NCBI GenBank assembly: GCA_035627655.1
Contig: DASPLI010000001.1
Location: 601,605-665,604 of the forward strand
Direction: 5' to 3'
Length of the DNA: 64,000 bases
Source of the DNA: Minisyncoccota bacterium
Lineage (GTDB): Bacteria > Patescibacteriota > Minisyncoccia > Phycocordibacterales > Phycocordibacteraceae
The notes beneath the pieces were generated by a model. That model was not told where the DNA came from, did no database searches, and worked only from the letters and a program-made list of their open reading frames with translations. Positions 58,984 through 64,000 of the stretch are shown one piece after another. Position 1 is the first letter of the stretch; each line of letters opens with the position of its first letter. The translations under genes were made by a program, and so were the position numbers.

Positions 58984-60222
58984 CTATTCCCCGTTGAGGA
59001 GGAACTGGACCGCTCGATCCATCTGCGGATCCTTGCCCGCAACAACATCATCCTGGGTGCGATCCACCTCAATATCCGGGAGTAAGCCGCCTGCGGCGAT
59101 TGAGCGGCCGGACGGCGTAAGCCAGCGCGCAACCGTGATCTTGAGCGAGCCGCCAGCAATATCGACGAGCTCTTGCACCGATCCTTTACCAAATGAGTGC
59201 GTACCGATGAGCGTCGCCTTATCCGTATCCTGGAGTGCGCCAGCCACAATCTCACTTGCAGAGGCAGAACCCTGGTTCATAAGCACGACAACGCGCGCAC
59301 CCTCTGAAATACCACCGGTGCCGCGTGAACGGTGCACGATATTGTCCTGATGACCTGCGTAGTCTTCGGTAACGATCACTGAACCTTCTGGAAGGAAGTG
59401 GCTTGCAACCGAGACGGCAGACTCAAGGTAGCCGCCCGGGTTTCCGCGAAGATCGATAATGAGCATCTTGGAGCCGGAGTTCCTAAACTCGGCAAGTGCG
59501 CGGTTGAAGAGCGAGCCGGAGTTTGCGCTAAAGCTGTAGAAGGAGATCACGAAGACGCCGTCGGGGCGAAGCGCCGTTTCAATGGTCGGCACCTGGATAA
59601 CGTCGCGCACAACCGGAATCGTGAGCGATTCCTCGTCTCGAACAACGTTGAAGGTAACCGTTGTTCCCTTCGGGCCACGGATGATCTTTACTGCCTCGTC
59701 GGTCGACATGCCTTCCGTCGACTGATCATCGATTCGCGTGATCTGATCTCCGATCAAGAGGCCGGCACGCTCTGCCGGCGTACCCTTCATAGGCGCAATG
59801 ACGGTCAAAATGCCGTCTTTCACCCCGATCTCCATGCCGACGCCGCTAAAACTGCCACTGATGTCTTCGGCGAAGACTTTGGCGTCTTCAGGACGCATGA
59901 AGAGCGTGTATGGGTCGCCATAGCTCTCGGCAAGCCCTTCCATAGCGCCCCAAATACGCTCTTTTGCCGACGGCTCGGTCGAGCTTGCATGCGTGGAAAC
60001 AAAGCGAGATTCAAGAACGTTCCAGGTTTTCCAGAAGCCGGAGAGGTCGACGGAGCTGTCCGGAGTCGCATCAAGACTTCCGGAGAAGAGCGGGATGCTG
60101 CCGCCGCGCTCGCCAAACGAGACGCCGCCAATGAATGAGAGGCCGGCAACCAGCGCAAATAGTACGCCGAGCCGCACGAGGCCCTTTCCTGCCTTTTCAT
60201 TCTGCCCGGAACTATCAATCAT
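58984..60222 (-). CDS. ctpA: Carboxyl-terminal processing protease (S41, PDZ)
   Basis: DPYT, GVGMEI, DLRGNPGG, SASASEI, FGKGSVQ; start moved to ATG 60222. Confidence 0.92.
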   Translation of the reverse strand: MIDSSGQNEKAGKGLVRLGVLFALVAGLSFIGGVSFGERGGSIPLFSGSLDATPDSSVDLSGFWKTWNVLESRFVSTHASSTEPSAKERIWGAMEGLAESYGDPYTLFMRPEDAKVFAEDISGSFSGVGMEIGVKDGILTVIAPMKGTPAERAGLLIGDQITRIDDQSTEGMSTDEAVKIIRGPKGTTVTFNVVRDEESLTIPVVRDVIQVPTIETALRPDGVFVISFYSFSANSGSLFNRALAEFRNSGSKMLIIDLRGNPGGYLESAVSVASHFLPEGSVIVTEDYAGHQDNIVHRSRGTGGISEGARVVVLMNQGSASASEIVAGALQDTDKATLIGTHSFGKGSVQELVDIAGGSLKITVARWLTPSGRSIAAGGLLPDIEVDRTQDDVVAGKDPQMDRAVQFLLNGE

Positions 60223-60259
60223 TCCGCAAGTATAGCATGCAGGGGGTATACTGGATCGC

Positions 60260-61174
60260 ATGATCACGAGACATGAACGTTCCGGGATGACCTGGATAGA
60301 CCTAGAAGCACCGTCGCGCGAAGAATTGCGATCCGTTGTCGAAGAATTCGGCATCGATCCGGAAATTGAAGGAGAAATTATCGCTCCGACACCCTATCCG
60401 CTCTTCGTTACTTCTCCGGAACACCACTATCTCATTCTCCACTTCCCGACAACTGATGCTGCCGGCGGCGCACGCAATCAGGAAATCGACATTATTCTCG
60501 GCAAGCACTACCTCATTACGGTTCGGTACGAAGTCGTTTCCACAATTCAGACACTCCATCGCGCCTTTGAAGCAGAAGAGCTGCTTGGCATTCCAAAGGA
60601 GAATGCTGGTCCGGTCCTCGTTGAGCGCGTGCTTCGACGCCTCTACGCCGCCATGGGCGAAGAGATCGAGCGCATCGCGCGCCAACTCGACCGCATTGAG
60701 GCAGACATTTTCGCCGGCAAAGAAAAGAAGACGGTCCGCTCCATTTCGGAAGCCGGTCGCGTCCTCCTTCGCTTCGATACCACCCTTGCCCGCCACGAAG
60801 AGCCGCTCAAGACCTTCCTTGGAGAGCTACAGACCTCGTCCTTCTTCGGCAAGGGGTTTGCGGCAGCTGCCTCCCGCATCGAGGCGGAGCGGGCACATAC
60901 CGCTTCGCTCGTCACTGCCTATCGGGCCGTTGCGCGCGAGCTTCGCACCACGAACGATTCGCTACTTTCCTCCTCTCAAAACGACGTCATGAAGGTGTTT
61001 ACGGTCATCACAGTCGCCTTCCTTCCCCTCACCCTTATTGCCGGACTGTTCGGCATGCACACGGTCCATGAACCGATCCTTGGAAGCGCGAACGACTTCT
61101 GGATCGTGATCGGCCTTATGGTGCTTGTTGAGTTCGTGCTGATGCTCTTCCTTAAGTGGAAGCGCTGGATATAA
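60260..61174 (+). CDS. corA: CorA family divalent cation transporter (GMH variant)
   Basis: WIDL..P, LITVR, NDVMKVFTVIT..FLPLTLIAGLFGMH, two C-terminal TMs, KRWI. Confidence 0.88.
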   Translation: MITRHERSGMTWIDLEAPSREELRSVVEEFGIDPEIEGEIIAPTPYPLFVTSPEHHYLILHFPTTDAAGGARNQEIDIILGKHYLITVRYEVVSTIQTLHRAFEAEELLGIPKENAGPVLVERVLRRLYAAMGEEIERIARQLDRIEADIFAGKEKKTVRSISEAGRVLLRFDTTLARHEEPLKTFLGELQTSSFFGKGFAAAASRIEAERAHTASLVTAYRAVARELRTTNDSLLSSSQNDVMKVFTVITVAFLPLTLIAGLFGMHTVHEPILGSANDFWIVIGLMVLVEFVLMLFLKWKRWI

Positions 61175-61177
61175 GGC

Positions 61178-62596
61178 ATGTGGCCGTTTGGTAGCAAGAC
61201 CAAAGAACTTTTCTTCACCAACTCCCTGACGGGTAAGAAGGAGTTATTTGTGCCGCTTCGTCGCGGCCGTGCACTGCTCTACTCCTGCGGCCCGACCGTC
61301 TATGGCCCTGTGCAGATCGGCAACCTGCGCTCCTTTATCCTTGCCGACCTTGCCGCACGCGCACTCACGCAAGCTGGGTATCGCGTACAGCGCGTCATGA
61401 ACGTTACCGACGTTGGCCACCTGGTTGGCGACGGGGACGAGGGCGAAGACAAAATGGCAGTCGGTGCCAAGCGCGAGGCGACGACGCCTGAAGCCATTGC
61501 GGATCGGTATACGAAGCAGTTTCTTGAGGATATTGCCGCACTCAATATAGAGACGCCACAGATCCGCTTCCCGCGTGCAAGCGAATACATCGCCGAAGAT
61601 ATCGAGATGATCGAACTCCTCTCGAAGAAGGGCTACACCTACACCACGGCAGATGGCGTTTACTTTGATACCTCGAAGTTCCCGTCCTACGGAGAGCTGG
61701 GCGGCCTCAAACATGCAGAACTCCAGGCCGGTGCGCGCGTTGCGGTTGGTGAGAAGCGCTCCCCGCACGATTTCGTACTCTGGCGCGCTGCAAAGCAAAA
61801 CGATCTGCAGCAGTGGGATTCCCCGTGGGGCAAAGGAAACCCAGGCTGGTCTATTGAATGCTCTGCCATGGCAACCGAGCTACTTGGTTCGCAAATTGAC
61901 ATCCATACGGGCGGTGAAGACCTCGCAGCGATCCATCACAACAATGAGATCGCGCAGTCCGAGTGCTCATCTGGAAAGACTCCGTTCGTGAAGTACTGGC
62001 TGCATGGCGCGTTTCTAAACGCAAACGGCGAGAAGCTCTCTAAGTCGCTCGGGAACTCCTTTACGCTTGGCGAGCTCAGAGAAAAGGGATTCCACCCGCT
62101 TTCGCTTCGCTATCTTTTCTTGCAGGCGCATTACCGCTCCCCTCTTTCCTTCACCCTTGAAGCGCTTACTGCTTCGCAAGAAGCGTTGACCCGCCTCTGG
62201 CGCATAGCAACTGACCTTGGAGCGGGAGCGACAAAAGAGTCTGCAGCCTCTCGCCGCCTTGCTGCTGCGCTCCGCGATGACCTGGGAACTCCGCAAGCGC
62301 TTGCACTCCTCTGGGAAGCGCTCCAGAACCACACCCTCTCTGCTGACGAGAAGCGCGGGGTGCTTACATGCGCCGAAGCCGTCTTTGGCCTCTCCCTCCT
62401 CCACCCCCCAAAGCTCTCCTTTACACTTGCTGAACTACCCGAGGATATACAGACCATCGCTAAGGAGCGCGAGAGTGCCCGGGCTGCCAAGGACTACGCC
62501 CGCTCGGACGAGCTGCGTATCCACCTCCAAAACCGGGGATATGCTGTGGAAGACACGGCTTCCGGACCCCTCTTCACCTCGAGCGAAAAAGAGTAG
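61178..62596 (+). CDS. cysS: Cysteine--tRNA ligase
   Basis: YSCGPTVY, NVTDVGH, DFVLW, PGWSIECSAM, DIHTGG.D...HH.NE, KLSKSLGN. Confidence 0.96.
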   Translation: MWPFGSKTKELFFTNSLTGKKELFVPLRRGRALLYSCGPTVYGPVQIGNLRSFILADLAARALTQAGYRVQRVMNVTDVGHLVGDGDEGEDKMAVGAKREATTPEAIADRYTKQFLEDIAALNIETPQIRFPRASEYIAEDIEMIELLSKKGYTYTTADGVYFDTSKFPSYGELGGLKHAELQAGARVAVGEKRSPHDFVLWRAAKQNDLQQWDSPWGKGNPGWSIECSAMATELLGSQIDIHTGGEDLAAIHHNNEIAQSECSSGKTPFVKYWLHGAFLNANGEKLSKSLGNSFTLGELREKGFHPLSLRYLFLQAHYRSPLSFTLEALTASQEALTRLWRIATDLGAGATKESAASRRLAAALRDDLGTPQALALLWEALQNHTLSADEKRGVLTCAEAVFGLSLLHPPKLSFTLAELPEDIQTIAKERESARAAKDYARSDELRIHLQNRGYAVEDTASGPLFTSSEKE

Positions 62597-62608
62597 AATG
62601 GTCGAGTA

Positions 62609-63967
62609 ATGGCCAGCTCCGCACTTCGCATACCACCGCAAAGCCTTGAATCAGAGCGTGCGCTTCTGGGTGCACTTCTGTTGAAGCCAGACGCTATTCA
62701 CGATGTCGCAGATATCGTGAAGGGTGATTCGTTCTACGCGGAGAAGCATAAGCTTATTTACGAAGCGATGCGTGAGCTAACGGATCGCGGCGAACCGGTC
62801 GACCTCCTTTCCCTTTCCGAGAAACTGCAAAATAACGGCAACCTCGAGCGTATTGGCGGACGAGCCTATCTGGCCGAACTCTCCAACGCCGCTCCGGCTC
62901 CCGGCAACTATGCCCACTACGCGGACTTGGTCTCCCGCAAGCATCTAATGCGCTCCTTGATTGATGTAGCGCACGAAATCACTGAAAACTGCTACGACGA
63001 GGCGCGCGACACGCACCTTGTGCTTGATGAGGCGGAAAAAGCAGTGATGGCGATCGGCAACAACGTTGCTGCGCATAAGTTCGTTGGCATCAGCGAAAAA
63101 CTCCATAGCACTTGGGAGCGCATTGAAACCCTTTCAAAGAAAGAAGATGGTATCCGCGGGGTGCCGACCGGCCTCTCGGGACTTGATAACCTTCTCTCCG
63201 GTCTTCATCCGTCCGACCTCATCATTCTTGCTGCTCGCCCATCCGTCGGTAAGTCCTCTCTCATGCTCGACATTGCTCGCAACGCCGCAAAGAGCGGCTT
63301 CCCGGTCGGCATCTTCTCCTTGGAAATGAGTTCCGAGCAGCTCATCGACCGTATGCTTGCCGCCGAGTCATACGTCGACTCCTGGAAGATCCGCACGGGC
63401 GCCGTGCGCGAAGAAGAAGATTTCGCCAAGATTCGCGACGCGCTTGAGAACCTCTCGAAGATGCCGATCTATATCGACGACAAGCCGGGCAATAACATTC
63501 TTTCCATGCGCGCAGTGGCCCGCCGCCTGAAGCGCGAGCAAGGCATTGGCCTTATCGTGGTCGACTATCTCCAGCTCATGACCCCAGTCGGAAGCAAGGC
63601 ATCAGATTCCCTGGTACAGCAGGTCACGGAAATCTCCCGCTCCCTCAAGTCGCTTGCGCGCGAGATTGAAGTGCCGGTCCTCGCACTCTCCCAGCTGTCT
63701 CGCGCCGTGGAGCAGCGTGGCGGCAAGCCGCGACTCTCTGACTTGCGCGACTCTGGCTCTATTGAACAGGACGCCGACGTCGTGATGTTCATCCATCGCG
63801 AAGACCGCACCAATCCCGACAGCGACCGGCAGAACATCGCCGAAATTCTCGTTGAAAAGCACCGTAACGGTCCGACCGGGCGCGTCGAACTCTTCTTCGA
63901 CGACAAGCGCACGAGCTTCATGTCGCTTGATACCAAGGGCTACGGTGATCTTGCAAACGAATTCTAG
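62609..63967 (+). CDS. dnaB: Replicative DNA helicase
   Basis: PPQSLESE, AARPSVGKS, VVDYLQL, SQLSR, DLRDSGSIEQDAD, KHRNGPTG. Confidence 0.98.
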   Translation: MASSALRIPPQSLESERALLGALLLKPDAIHDVADIVKGDSFYAEKHKLIYEAMRELTDRGEPVDLLSLSEKLQNNGNLERIGGRAYLAELSNAAPAPGNYAHYADLVSRKHLMRSLIDVAHEITENCYDEARDTHLVLDEAEKAVMAIGNNVAAHKFVGISEKLHSTWERIETLSKKEDGIRGVPTGLSGLDNLLSGLHPSDLIILAARPSVGKSSLMLDIARNAAKSGFPVGIFSLEMSSEQLIDRMLAAESYVDSWKIRTGAVREEEDFAKIRDALENLSKMPIYIDDKPGNNILSMRAVARRLKREQGIGLIVVDYLQLMTPVGSKASDSLVQQVTEISRSLKSLAREIEVPVLALSQLSRAVEQRGGKPRLSDLRDSGSIEQDADVVMFIHREDRTNPDSDRQNIAEILVEKHRNGPTGRVELFFDDKRTSFMSLDTKGYGDLANEF

Positions 63968-64000
63968 ATATGGGAGACCGCGTCGAAGATCTTGCGCGCG

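Noticed and set aside
1-64000. CRISPR array, rRNA, integrase or transposase
   Set aside because: No regularly spaced repeat-spacer series, rRNA-like stretch or recombinase/transposase motif was seen.

Overview
Bacterial chromosomal window with fairly high GC and dense coding. Gene content suggests a reduced Patescibacteria/CPR (Parcubacteria-like) genome (inference): short AlaRS without C-Ala, short archaeal-type AspRS, an FtsA-like plus baseplate-J-like pair, and no biosynthetic operons. Core genes: ung (partial), an M16 peptidase pair, alaS, infA-rpmJ-rpsM-rpsK-rpsD-rpoA-rplQ-rplM-rpsI, grpE/dnaK/dnaJ, tyrS, tRNA-Tyr, two trpS, aspS, scpA/scpB, mraY-ftsW-murG, gltX, rpmA, rplI, ctpA, corA, cysS and dnaB. 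Many small self-contained accessory cassettes are wedged between the core genes. Highlights: (1) a four-gene ubiquitin-like operon (E2-like, JAB, E1/ThiF, Ubl ending GQKA) between dnaK and dnaJ; (2) a T-box antiterminator with a non-canonical 5' domain ahead of a GCS2-family ligase, within a region that also has an IDO/PrnB-like gene behind its own switch-like leader and a second, 4-Cys-motif TrpRS; (3) two tandem candidate small RNAs with C-rich loops; (4) a palindromic dif-like site with converging KOPS-like octamers; (5) a split between apparently leaderless core genes and Shine-Dalgarno-led accessory genes. All calls were made by eye from motifs. No database searches or folding programs were run.
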